From: Ruditapes philippinarum
Lineage: Eukaryota
Length of the DNA stretch: 64,000 nucleotides
Reading direction: 5' to 3'
Assembly (NCBI RefSeq): GCF_026571515.1
Contig: NW_026865446.1
Span: 186,001 to 250,000, forward strand
Shown here: in pieces, positions 39,273 through 51,357 of the stretch
How positions within the stretch are numbered: the stretch's first letter is position 1
Layout: each line of letters starts with the position of its first letter
Position numbers and translations under genes: made by a program
The notes under the pieces: generated by a model
Database searches by the model: none
Seen by the model: the letters and a program-made list of their open reading frames with translations, nothing else
What the model was told of the DNA's origin: nothing

Positions 39273-41309
39273 CTTTATTTGTTCGGTTAACTTTACATTA
39301 GGGCAAAACAACAGATAAAGGAAAACCCGAAATGTTTAAACAACGATTCATTATTATAAAGAAAATGAAATGCAAAATGTTGTTTGTTAAGTTTATCATT
39401 CTCTTTTTGGTTTGATAGTTTAATTTTATCTATATTTTGTTCTCTATTTCTTTTTCCCTTTCATTCTACATTACCTTAATTCTTTTTATTTTATTTTTTC
39501 ATTTTTGATTCTTTCCTTATGTTTTTCTGTGATTGTCTCTTTCTTTCTATCTTTCTATCTGTCTTCTCTGTTTTCTTTGTTTTTCTTTCTTAATTTATTC
39601 CTTTCTTTATTGTTCTTGTGTGTTATTTCTGTTTTTCTTGACCTTATGCAAGATCTAAAAATTACTTGATATTTTGATTGTTTTGCACACTTTTAAGTTT
39701 ATAACATCTTTATAAAATGAAATGTAACAAATTTATGTACGGGTAGATCTGTCGAACCTTTAAAAGGGTAGATTCGATAAAATGCCATTTAATAATATAT
39801 TGGTATTCACATAGTTGTAGATATTTTATAAAAATGGAATGTTAAGTGTATGTTTGCAATATTTGAAAAGTTAATGTGTATATGGTTAAAATGTTTAGTC
39901 AGAACCTCTTACCGTTCATACCAAAAGTGTTAATACATCACGTGCATCTTTTTTACTAAGTTTGTTATGTCTTAGATGTTTATCTGTTACCTAGGTAAGC
40001 ACAAGAGACCATGATCTTAATTAATACTGCAATAAACAAAAACCCAAACCCCACTATTTCAACAAGTTCATTTAAAATACTTTCTTTTAGACCTACATTA
40101 AAGGTTGCATAAATCTGATTAATGTATAAAATAAAATAAACTCAGGATTCTTAAGTTACTGTTTTATTAAGATATCTTTATTTGTATAGTTTATACGGTG
40201 TGCATAAGAGTACTTAAGTGTTTAGACAGAGTGCTTAATATAAAACTTTGAACGTGCTATTTATGATTAATTCTAAACGTTCTTTTTTCTCTTGCACTTT
40301 AGTATGTTTGATTGGTGAATGCGCTTTTTATTGGTATTTTGTTTTGTTTTGATTGGTTTTGTTCAATGAGGTAAAATATAAATCAAAATAATTAGAAACC
40401 ACTTTGACTAGATATTAACATGATTTTTTTTGGTTTTGTATATTGAATTGTCAATTCGATTTATGATTTAATTACAAATGCAAAATAAACTCAACACAAG
40501 TTCGAACTAGACCTTTGAGTTTTTTTTTCTGATTTTTCTTTCTTTCTCGCTTTCTTTTTAAAGAACAATCAGGATAATTTCATATTAATATGGACAATAA
40601 AGAGAATATGTACAACGGTCAAAAACAGTTTTGTAATAAAACTTCTCTTTTACACATTGTGCATTTGATTCAAGCTACTCCCTTATCATAAAAATTGAAT
40701 CAAAGTTGTGTGTTTTATTTGCCCTTTCATAGCGTGGTCGAATGTATGATCGGCATTAAAAAAGTAATTGTCGTAGAATTTAGTTAAATTGTGGGATGTG
40801 ATACTAATAATTGATCAAATCATACATTTCCTTTATGTGCAATTTAAAATGATATCTACAAAAACACAAGGCATTCGAACTTTCAGTTTTGGTGAGAGTG
40901 TAGCTCATTCTTTTAAGATGATTAAATAACGACTTTAACTCTTACACTGTTGGATGTGCCATAATTTTACTATTTATGTGTATACTAATAAGATATGCCA
41001 TCAACAATTTCCACTTCTTTTATTCTGCAAAACGTTGCGGGTCTAGTTGAACTATTCAGTATTAACCCTTAATTTAGTTTTACTTTTTTCATGCATACCT
41101 GTTTGCATTTTTAGAAACTTTTTTTTGTAAGCAATGTTCGCACATTTATTACTGAGCTTGTTTCCTATTTGCATGCTTGTATTGATATTATAAAAATGGT
41201 TGTTAACGAATAAATTCAGAATTTACCTAGTTTACCATTTTTTTACGCTTGAGTGATTATTGTAGAAATGGTTTGTAAACAAACGTTCCGTATTTTGTTT
41301 ATTTTTATG

Positions 41310-42350
41310 TATAGGTTAGAGTGCATATTGGGTGTTCTTCGTAAATAAGAAAGCTAAAAAGGAGCGGAGCTTGCGGAGCGACTGTAGCTTTCTTATTTAC
41401 GAAGAACATCCAATATGCACTCTAACCGGCTTAGTGCTCCGCCTATTTTTTTCCGCCTAACACACTGCGTGACGTCACACGATAGCCTAAATGTGTATAA
41501 CCATATCTGGAAGAGGTAGCGGTACACATTTTCGGGTCACGTGTTTTGCATAGCTAATTCCCCGCATTCTGTCTAGGTAAATCAGACAATATCACGGTGC
41601 ATATCCATATCGGTACCCTCTTTGCGAAATATTCTCAAACGGTACCCTCTTTGAACATGCACAGGTCATTCACTGCTTAAAACAAACGAGCGATGGATAA
41701 CAATGCAGTAAAGTTTCATTGTAATTATTATAAAGAAAGGAGGTATGACACGTAGAAAAGATGTATACCACGGAACACTAGAATGCATCATACATATTTA
41801 TTATGTTCATATACATATCATCTTCGGACAAATGGCAGTATATTGTCAAAAATAAATATAAAATTAATAAAAACACCCTACTTTCGGTTTTGCAGCGGCA
41901 CGGGCTGTAATATTTACATAAAAACTGGGACATCGTAAGTCCCAGATAAAAAGTAAGAAATATTACATACATACTTTGTTGGAATAAAGTGAACTTTTTA
42001 TTTGGAAATTATAAAATGATACTGGTTCCGTAAGTCATAAAACATTTTTACTGTTATTTTGCCTGTTTTCATTTCAATGAACCTCTTTTTCTAATTCTAT
42101 GCCGTAGTGACGATATACATGTGCGTGTACGGAAAAAAACATGATGCATAAATATTGATTAGTAGGAGTAAACTTCAAGATCTCTGCACATGCGTATTTT
42201 TCACTTTAGCGCTCTTCGAAACTTAGCTCCGCCCACTTGCGTTTTATAATATAAAACGTCCAGTTTATATAAAAACTGTTCTATTAAGATTTGAAACCTG
42301 AAAATTTGTAAAATCCTCGTCGGTGATTGGCTTAAAAAAATTGGCGAGCA
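41310..42350. mobile_element. Insertion of about 1 kb specific to duplication unit A, starting with a long palindrome
   Basis: Palindrome ggttagagtgcatattgg...ccaatatgcactctaacc (41314-41427). The flanks are contiguous in unit B at about 50730. Ends are approximate. Confidence 0.6.
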
Positions 42351-42529
42351 CTAAGTTTGCTTGTAGACAGCATAAGTGTATCAATATGCCGCAAAACTCG
42401 GCGTGGTGTTCTTCCATATTTTAAGATAAAGTAAACAAAATGAAATAAATTGTTCGCTGATCAAAAATTGTATTTAAGAAACATTAAAATCAATCGTTCA
42501 TTATCATTGCTAAAAGCTGTACAATTTAT

Positions 42530-42710
42530 GACTAAGGACTGAGATTAAAATAACTCTTATGCGATCTCTCCAAAGGCTGAGTTTAAATATGTCCCGCAAG
42601 ACTGAGATAAAATATCGGTAGGGTCTGGGATCAAAATAGCCATGGTCTGAGATCGAATACTTCTTATAAGGTCCGAGATCAAATATATGTAGGGCCTGAA
42701 ATCACATATT
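42530..42710. repeat. Degenerate minisatellite, unit about 22-24 bp, in the 3' flank (paralogous copy at about 50905-51100)
   Basis: Recurrent (g/a)g(a/t)c(t/c)gagat(c/t)aaata motif. Confidence 0.6.
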
Positions 42711-42986
42711 CAAAAACAAATCAACACAAATCAACGTTGTTCACAAAATCTTTATATCAGTACAATTACATATAAAGTAAATTGACCGTCATAAAGAATG
42801 TTTCATATGTCTCTTATATAAATCTTAACAATAAATTAAAGCGTAAACAAAACAGTTTATGGAGCCGTATTTTGCAAAATACCTACATTTTTAACTTTGA
42901 TATATATTTTGTCAAAAACTAAAAGTAATTTAAGTTTTCAGATTTAGAAATATACATTTCATATGGGGATTTTACTCTGATCCATT

Positions 42987-45900
42987 TCACGTGACTGTGT
43001 GAGTACAGGCTTGGGTACACCGTGCGGAAAAGTCGGAAGTGTGACAGAATGATGCGTTACAAAACATATCAAGTCCTCCATTGTTATTGAAATACTTGAA
43101 ATCTTTGTACAAAAATCTTGTTTCGTGGGTAGACTGTGAGATGATATGTGTGTTTCTGTCAACTTCGCATCTACAACAAAATAGAACTATTGGCTTATTA
43201 TAATAAGTTTACCTCTGTGAGTTCTCGATCTAAAACCAAGTAATTATAGAATGCATTTAATTAATAAAATGAGTTTACTTTGCATACGATAGAGGCCGAA
43301 AAAGGCCCCTTCCCATTAAATAAAAAACGTTGAATATTTTTTAATTATCTATATTTTTACCAATCAGCTGAAATATATATGAAGAAAGCACTATAAACAT
43401 TTTATTTTTTCCAGAATGAAAAAGGTGAATGTTTCAATACATTTTGTTAAATCTTCCAAGTGTTCTATTGCAATTTGTGATAAATTCCCCAATATTAAAA
43501 GCATTGGCTGTTCCGATAAAAAGTAAATAGAAAATCACTAAAAATAAAGTACATGTTTTACAAATTAATTTTAATCAACAACGGTTAGTAACGGGGAATC
43601 GATGAATCCCCTTACTTTCGTTATTATCAAATCTTTGAGAGTGAAGGATTACAAGTCAAACAAATTAAAGCATTTCTTTTCTTTTACATACCACTGCAAT
43701 TAAACATTTAGATTAAACCTATTTTGAAATGGTATCAATTTCAACTTTTTGCTTTTGGCGACCTTTGTGATTCTTATTTTATCTGGAACTGCCTAACTAA
43801 TTTTTTTATATTACAATTTTTCCTTACCCTTGCTTTATCAACGTGACATCCATAGCTGATGTGTTTGTTCCTGATGGCCTCGTGTAACACGTGTCTAGTA
43901 TCATTTTTGTATCCCAATCAGGCAATGTAGTGTATACTTTAACGAATACATTTTCTCCAAGTACCACCTTCAGGGGATTTCCGGATATACGGTGTAAAAA
44001 GTTAACGTCACTAAAATACGTCATAGATAATTGGTAGTAACTTGTAAACGAGGCATTATGTACTTCCGGAATATGTTCCACGTGCGATGACGTTACTTCA
44101 TTGGCATTGACGTCACATTCCACAATAAAAGTCCACTCGTGTTTCAAAACCACATATGGACGAATAGGATCAAATACAATGTAGAATAGGTTGTTTTTGT
44201 AAATATTCATGTCTGTATTAAACTGAAATAGAATTGTGTGTATAGTATAAAACTTGTAACAAGCTGTTTGACGGTATTTTGTTCAAATGTGAATTGGGTA
44301 CAAATGTGTAATGAAAAGAGTAAGAGATATCTACTTTTGATGTACAGAATAGTTATAATAAGTAAGATTAAAAAAAATACTTGGCTTCTTAACCCATTAC
44401 GTCATATACACGCCTTTTAACGCCTTTTTCACCCCCCCCCTTTTTTTGTTGTCTCAAATGATGAAAAAATGCCTTATTTAGGCCCCAAACACTTGTTTTT
44501 GTTTGAGAAATGTTGTTTAAAAAGTGACCTCTTTTTCGGCGTGGCCCCCCAACCAAAAGATACATCAGGGGGTTGCCAGAAGGGGGATGTGCCCCCTTCT
44601 GTTTGGGGGGTTTAAAGGGGGGCGGAGTCCCCCTCATCGCCAAGAAAATTTTAGACTTGACCCCAGATTGATCATAAGGTAACGTGTAACCAACGCTGAA
44701 AAGCATTTGACTCTATCTCAATCCATTTAGAAGTTGCAGCACTTTGAAATCAATTTTGATGGAAAAAAATCAACGCAAAATAGTGATTTTTGGCAATTTT
44801 GAGATGTCCCCTCGTTGCCATGGTAACAGAAAATTTAAGCCTGCGCATGTTGTTGCAAGGGCAATGGTCCAGTCAACATTTGTGCAAAGTTTGATTAGTG
44901 TTGAAGCAGTTTTTATAGTATTATAGCAATTTGAACTTGTAACGGGAGACTTTTTCAATGAAAACAGCCATTTTTCACAAAATGCTCATGAAGTAATGGG
45001 TTAATGAAAAAAAAATCTACAAAACAACAATTTTTCTTCAAATTTATATGACAGGCCATCTTTAAACATGAAAAAACGCGATTTAGGGTAATTTCAAGTA
45101 TTTTCATCATTTTCTGTTAAACAATTACGTCATACACACGCCTTTTAACGCCTTTTTCACCCCCCCCCCTTTTTGTTGTCTCAAATGATGGAAAAATGCC
45201 TTATTTAGGCCCCAAACACTTGTTTTTGTTTGAGAAATGTTGTTAAAAAAGTGACCTCTTTTTCGGCGCGGCCCCCCAACCGAAAGATACATCAGGGGGT
45301 TGCCAGAAGGGGGATGTGCCCCCCTTCTGTTTGGGGGGTTTAAAGGGGGGCAAAGTCCACCTCATCGCCAAGAAAATTTTGGACTTGTGAGAGGCTGTAA
45401 ATGACCCCAGATTAATCATAAGGTAACGTGTAACCAACGCTGAAAAGCATTTGACTCTATCTCAATCCATTGAGAAGTTACAGCACTTTGAAAACAATTT
45501 TGGTGGAAAAAATCAACGCAAAATAGTGATTTTTGGCAATTTTGAGATGTCCCCTCGTTGCCATGGTAACAGAAAATTTAAGCCTGAGCATGTTGTTGCA
45601 AGGGCAATGGTCCAGTCAACAATTGTGCCAAGTTTGATTAGTGTTGAGGCAGTTTTTATAGTATTATAGCAATTTGAACTTGTAACGGGTGACTTTTCAA
45701 TGAAAACAGCCATTTTTTCACAAAATGCTCATGAAGTAATGGGTTAAACGATATAAAAGTAATCAAAAATGTTGTAGTAGATTCTACACAAAAATGATTA
45801 CACTGTAGACTAGATGACTGTCTTGTGAGAATGCCGGACTTTTTGTTTAGGTTCTTACTTTTTCAGAGGTGGAACACGTGTTGAAGCTTTGTTGAAAAAG

Positions 45901-48900
45901 CAAAAAGGAGTTATCAAGATGCCCTTGACATTTGCCCGAGCCTAAAATAAGATCAGTTGGTCTGACTGTATGGTACATCATCTGCAGGAGACTCATGTTG
46001 ACAGATATATTCCAGTGCGATGCTGTACACTTGACCTCTATAGCATCTTCAAGTCGCAGATGACTTCCTGAAAAAAGATTATGATTCAAATGAAGCTCAG
46101 AAATGTCAGTGATGTTCATAATGTGTTTAATTGTTAAAATTCTTGTTTCAATGTAAAGACGATATATTACGCATTAATATAGTGTTTGTTGTATGACCGT
46201 TTTATAAATATTAATGAACTTATAGCTTATTTCAGGGTATTTCTGGTTCATTTCTAAATTGTTTGATAATAAGAGTATACGTTTAATAATATTATCATAT
46301 TTCTACAAAAATATATTTTAACACTATTATTGTTCATATTTAATTCCTTACTACAATGATTTTTGTAGACCATTTTGTATAATAAAATATTTCATACTTA
46401 GTAGAACTACATTGGCTAATTAAAAATACAAAATATTTCATACTTAGTAGAACTACATTGGCTAATTAAAAATACAAAANNNNNNNNNNNNNNNNNNNNN
46501 NNNNNNNNNNNNNNNNNNNNNNNNNNNNNNNNNNNNNNNNNNNNNNNNNNNNNNNNNNNNNNNNNNNNNNNNNNNNNNNNNNNNNNNNNNNNNNNNNNNN
46601 NNNNNNNNNNNNNNNNNNNNNNNNNNNNNNNNNNNNNNNNNNNNNNNNNNNNNNNNNNNNNNNNNNNNNNNNNNNNNNNNNNNNNNNNNNNNNNNNNNNN
46701 NNNNNNNTATATTAATGTTGTTGTTATTGTTGTTGTTGTTGTTTATTTGTTTGTTTATTTGTTTGTTTGCGATTTTTGGGCCAATTGGTTTCTTGTTGCT
46801 GCTGTTGTTATTTCTACTGTTTGTCTCAGATGAAGTATAGTTAGAATTTATAAATACGTTACACTGTTGCTGAAATTTGTTTGAAAACAACGATTTCAAA
46901 ACAATAGTTTTCAACTTACTCACGGTCGTTGTTTCTGGTGGACACTGGCAACCGTATTGTATAGCAAAGTCTGGACAAAATGCCGTCGGAGAATTTGGAT
47001 AGGGTTGACATATAAGCCCGTTTACATGATTGCACACTGCTGTATATTGAACAACTGAATTGTTCTGTATACCACTGATGGGCTCCCACTTTTCATCCCT
47101 GCACTGTGCCGCAATTACTTGACCGTTAGGACAAATCTTATTTAAGACACTTACTGATTGATGTTCATAATTTGATCTGAAAATAAAGTTAACATTCTCT
47201 TAATTTTTAGTACTAGACCGTGTTCAGTCAATGAAATGAATTAGGTAAAGAAAAAAATCATGATGTTGCGGATGTGAGATTCATTTGATTGCACTATTAT
47301 TCTTATAAAAAGGCAATGTTAACAAGCAAAACATATATTTCAATCAACTGTGGTTTGGATTATTTTTCAAATTTCTGAATTCGTTTCTAACAATATTTTG
47401 TAAGTTGTGAAATTTTATTCCTGTTAATGGTCTTTTATGTTTTACTCGAGGTTAAAACTATTCTATTAATGAACAAAACAAATATTATGGAAAGTGAAAA
47501 AAAATGTTCTCATGAATTAATTCATATGTAGTTATTCTCCAAAAAAGAAGAGCTTTCAGATTACGGTGTTTCTCCTGTATATACTTCAACGTCATAAGAA
47601 TAAAAATATATCAATTTATTTTAAAGATGAATATTTTTATCAATAAATATATAAGTACAACATGAATATATATATTTTCTTGACTTGAATCAATCAATGT
47701 AATATTTTATACTAAGAGGATATTTTTTCGTTTTATCATATTTCACGAAAAACGAAAAAATAACCCGTATATTTAATTTCATTATCAAAGAAAAATGGTT
47801 ATGAACTCCCTTGCCTGCTACGCAACTGCAATTATACAGCGCGCAGAAATATAAGTATCGTCTTGTTTTGCACGCGATATTTAGCGCTAGATTGTGACGT
47901 CACGTAAACAAATTTTTAAACGTCTGTACAGCGTTAATGTCTGATTTAAAGATATTGGTGTTCGGATTTATTTTCTTAGTTAGACCATTTTCTATCATTC
48001 TACATAGTTTTCAAAACAAAATTCAACAAAAAGTTGTTTGTATTTATCAGATTTTTAAAACAAAATGGCCAAAGAAGTCCCTTAAAATAAATATGAGTTT
48101 TGACTCCGCCCACTTTCATATTTATATTTCATATTTATTTTTAAAAAATATGAAATACATTTGACTGATATAGCACCATATTTCATAGGTAAAATTAAAT
48201 AAATTAACTTATTTCTGATGAACATATATTTATCACTGAGTGCAGTACGACTTGAAGAGCACCGAATACTTCCTTTGATCAGCAAAAACAAAAGAAATAA
48301 TTCATAAACGGTTTAAGTTTTTAAATGGAAGCCCTTTTTGTCACTTATATTTATAATAACTTGGGTTATATTGATGTAGCAAAGCGTCAGGTAAGTTTGT
48401 TCGAGTTGGCTTAAACATAGAAAAAAATATTTCCTTACATATTTACTCGGTTATCTTTAAAATATCGAAACTGTTGTTTTTTTAAAGACTTGACAATAAT
48501 TATTTTATCGCAGAATAATGCTACAATGTCATTATGCAATGTACACAAAAGATAAGTACCGACCCGTTTCTCAATCCAACAGATTCGTTGAACCATGTTG
48601 AGTCCCAGCAAATTTTCTGACCTAAAATAAAGAATAGCAACGAGAATTAAAGCAATTTCGAGCACGCTTTATTTACTTTTAAATGTTAAAGACGGCACCA
48701 AAAGTACTGTAGTACAAAGCCGAAGAAATAAGTAAAGTTTTGACGCAAACTTAAAAAAATATATATATATCTAACTCTAAGCCCATTTACCTTTCTGCTT
48801 GTCTCTGCGAGTTAATACTAAAAATTTGATGATTCCAAAATCCGCTTTTGGATTCTGGTTTCAACTGACTTGTTCAACATATCAATTAATGATAAAAAAC

Positions 48901-49591
48901 AAACATTCATACCAATGCTAAATGTGTTGCAACAGTTTTATGTTCAGGTATACAAAACTGTATGATAAATGCCAATTATGAAAGAAAAACGGTTACTCAA
49001 AACCTTGATGTTTTATTGATTATAATTTTAACATTATTTTTATTTATTATAATTTTAACATTATAACATAAATTACAATCTCAGATTACTATGTAAGGTA
49101 TAATTATTGTAATATTGATTGCGAGGCCATTTAACCTCTCGATATAACGTCTTACAATGCCTCTTTACTTTAAATACCACTATATCTTTATTGTCATTCA
49201 CATGTAACTATTTCTTTGTTATTTTTAAGAGTATTTATAATGTAAAAAAAAAACCAATTTTAAATGGACTTTGCAAAAACCGCCCGAATGGCATATATCC
49301 GAGCGAACATATTATCCTAAGGATAACAGGGTAATATATGTGTCTTAATTTCAATTAATCCTCAAATCAAATATATATCTATTTTTTAAAGTTACTATGA
49401 CACCTAAGTTTAAAAATCACTTAGCTGTGCAAGGATTTTACGGATATGAATACATAGTTTTAACGTTGTACATGTGACAACTTGTTGTTAACGTTAAAAA
49501 ATTAGCTTATGGTAGACTATAGTCATCTCTTACCATTTACATCAACAATAAATAATAATCCAAATATAAATAATAAATTATTTACTTCCAT
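42987..49591 (-). CDS. Secreted CysD/WxxW-like + zona pellucida (ZP) module protein, copy A (386 aa, 6 exons)
   Basis: Exons 49591-49534, 48621-48564, 47176-46920, 46067-45859, 44222-43828 and 43170-42987 (phases 1,2,1,0,2) splice without stops. Order: signal peptide; CWDSTWFN...NGLIC...CPDFAIQYGCQC; ZP-N (IEVKCTASHWNISV...CQG...FNTCST...IYKNNL...FIVEC); ZP-C (V.LGENVFVKV...MILDTCYTRP...LIKQGCEVD...TRF...FCNASFCHTSDFSARCTQACTHTVT*). Confidence 0.9.
44393..45743. mobile_element. piggyBac-type (CCC..GGG, TTAA) non-autonomous element present as a head-to-tail dimer in intron 4 of ZP copy A
   Basis: ttaa|cccattacgtcat ... atgaagtaatggg|ttaa. Two near-identical units of about 610-620 bp (44393-45000, 45121-45743). 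The paralogous intron at about 52755-52775 is an empty site. Confidence 0.8.
46480..46707. other. Assembly gap (N) in intron 3 of ZP copy A
   Basis: N run, preceded by an exact tandem duplication of about 46 bp. Confidence 1.
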
Positions 49592-51357
49592 CGTTATTAA
49601 ACTTACATCAAGACTGGTTTGAAATATTCATTTCCTATCTAATACCATATGGTGTGTTGAGGCCATGGAAGTAGAAATTCAAATTATGATTTCTGAAAAA
49701 CATCCAGACGACCTCGCCTCATGTGAATATATATAAATGTACTTTGGTTTGTGTAAGAAGAAGTAGCATTAACTGAGGGGGAGGGGTTAACTAACATATT
49801 TTACACAATGTAGAACGCTTTTAAATAAATGTCTATAGATTACTGATATTTTAATACAATTTATTTTAGAAACCCTTACATGTCTTCTTGCCTCATTACA
49901 TGATGCTACACAGATACAAGGCTGGTTCAAAGGTATGATTATTAGATTTGTTAAGTGGCTCTCTTTGTTTGAATTAATCTTTCAGATAACGACTTTAAGT
50001 GTCCATCCACTCTACTTGTCACAAGAGATGCCTACTTATTATTCTAATCTAGGATTACATACTCAGGTTGAATCCATTATTTGTACTAATTTATTACATG
50101 CTAGTCTACAGTATTAATGTCAGTATAGACTAACACCGTGCGAAATGGCCCTTAAACCTACTTTAAAATAGAGTTCCTATGCTTAAGGTGCAATTGTTCA
50201 AAGAAAAATGAAAATTCCTGACTATTAAGAAATTGTTATAGGGGTCTAATTCATACTTGCACAGTTATCCTCTGGACAAGGGAATATACAGACCATGTAA
50301 TCATAAACAAGCCCATTTATATATCCTCCGTTTTACTTCGAAAAGGCTGGGTACAAAAATAGCATCCTCATGCATTATTATTTGATTACATACAGTTATA
50401 TTACGGTTTTACCAATCAACAATACTCTTGGTTATTTTTCTACTGCAAAACGTAAGGTGTCCAGTTGAAATGTTTATACAGTATGAACCTTATCTCAATG
50501 TTATTTATTACATGCATACATGTTTGCATTTGTAGAAACGTTTTTGTAAGCGATGATCACACGTTAATTACTCAGATTGTTTCCTGTATTGCATGCTTGC
50601 ATTGATATTATAAATATGGTAATCAATATGGTAATTAATGAACAAATTTAGAATTTACCTAGTTTACCATTTTTAACGCTTGAGTGATTATTGCAGAAAT
50701 GGTTTGTAAACAAAAACGTCCCGCATTTTCTTTTCATGTTTGCTTGTATGCAGCAAATGTAGGCATGATGTTCTTCCATTTCTATATATCTTAAGATACA
50801 GTCAACAAAATGAAATTACATTTTTTGCTGATCAAAAAGTGTATCTAAGAAACACTGAAATCATTATCATTGCTAAAAGCTCTGAAAGGAAAGATAATGA
50901 ATATAACACTAAGGACTGAGATTAAAACATCTCTAATGCAATCTCTCCAAAGACTGATATCAAATAAGTCCCCAAAGTCTGAGATAAAATATCTGTAGGG
51001 TCAGGGCTAAATATATCCAAGGTCCGAGATCAAATATTTATTAGGTCCGATATCAAATATCTGCAGGTCCTGAGATAGAATATGACCAAGGACTGAGATA
51101 TTTAAAAACAAATCTACACAAATCAACGTTCAAAAAATCTTTATATCAGTACAGTTACATATAAAGTAATTTAACCCTCATAAATAATGTTCCAAAGGTC
51201 TCTTATATAAATCTTAACAATAGATTAAAGCGTAAACAAATCAGTTTATGGAGCCGTATTTTGCAAATTACCTACATTTTTAACTTTGATATATATTAAT
51301 TTAAGTTTTCAGATTTAGAAATATACATTTCAAATGGCGATTTTACTCTGATCCATT

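Noticed and set aside
42530-42710. Repeat-spacer-like periodicity (CRISPR-like)
   Set aside because: It is a degenerate minisatellite in eukaryotic DNA with no unique spacers or cas genes.
42959-43162. ORF-track peptide MTETHISSHS... (and 51330-51533)
   Set aside because: Wrong frame. The phase-2 splice gives the ZP-C frame GCEVDRNTHIISQ...CTQAC.
44389-45713. Several 60-105 aa ORFs on both strands
   Set aside because: They lie inside the duplicated MITE and show no transposase motifs.
46384-46479. Exact tandem duplication of about 46 bp
   Set aside because: It abuts an N gap and is absent from the paralogue, so it is probably a contig-end artefact.
49318-49335. 17/18 match to the I-SceI site (TAAGGATAACAGGGTAAT)
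   Set aside because: It lies in a decayed MITE whose paralogous copy differs at this spot, with no rDNA, intron or vector context. Best read as chance, though I-SceI might cut it.
49592-49760. HNF4-like (CAAAGTACA), ETS and GATA motifs upstream of both ZP genes
   Set aside because: Short motifs in a recent duplication are shared by descent, so conservation is not evidence of function.
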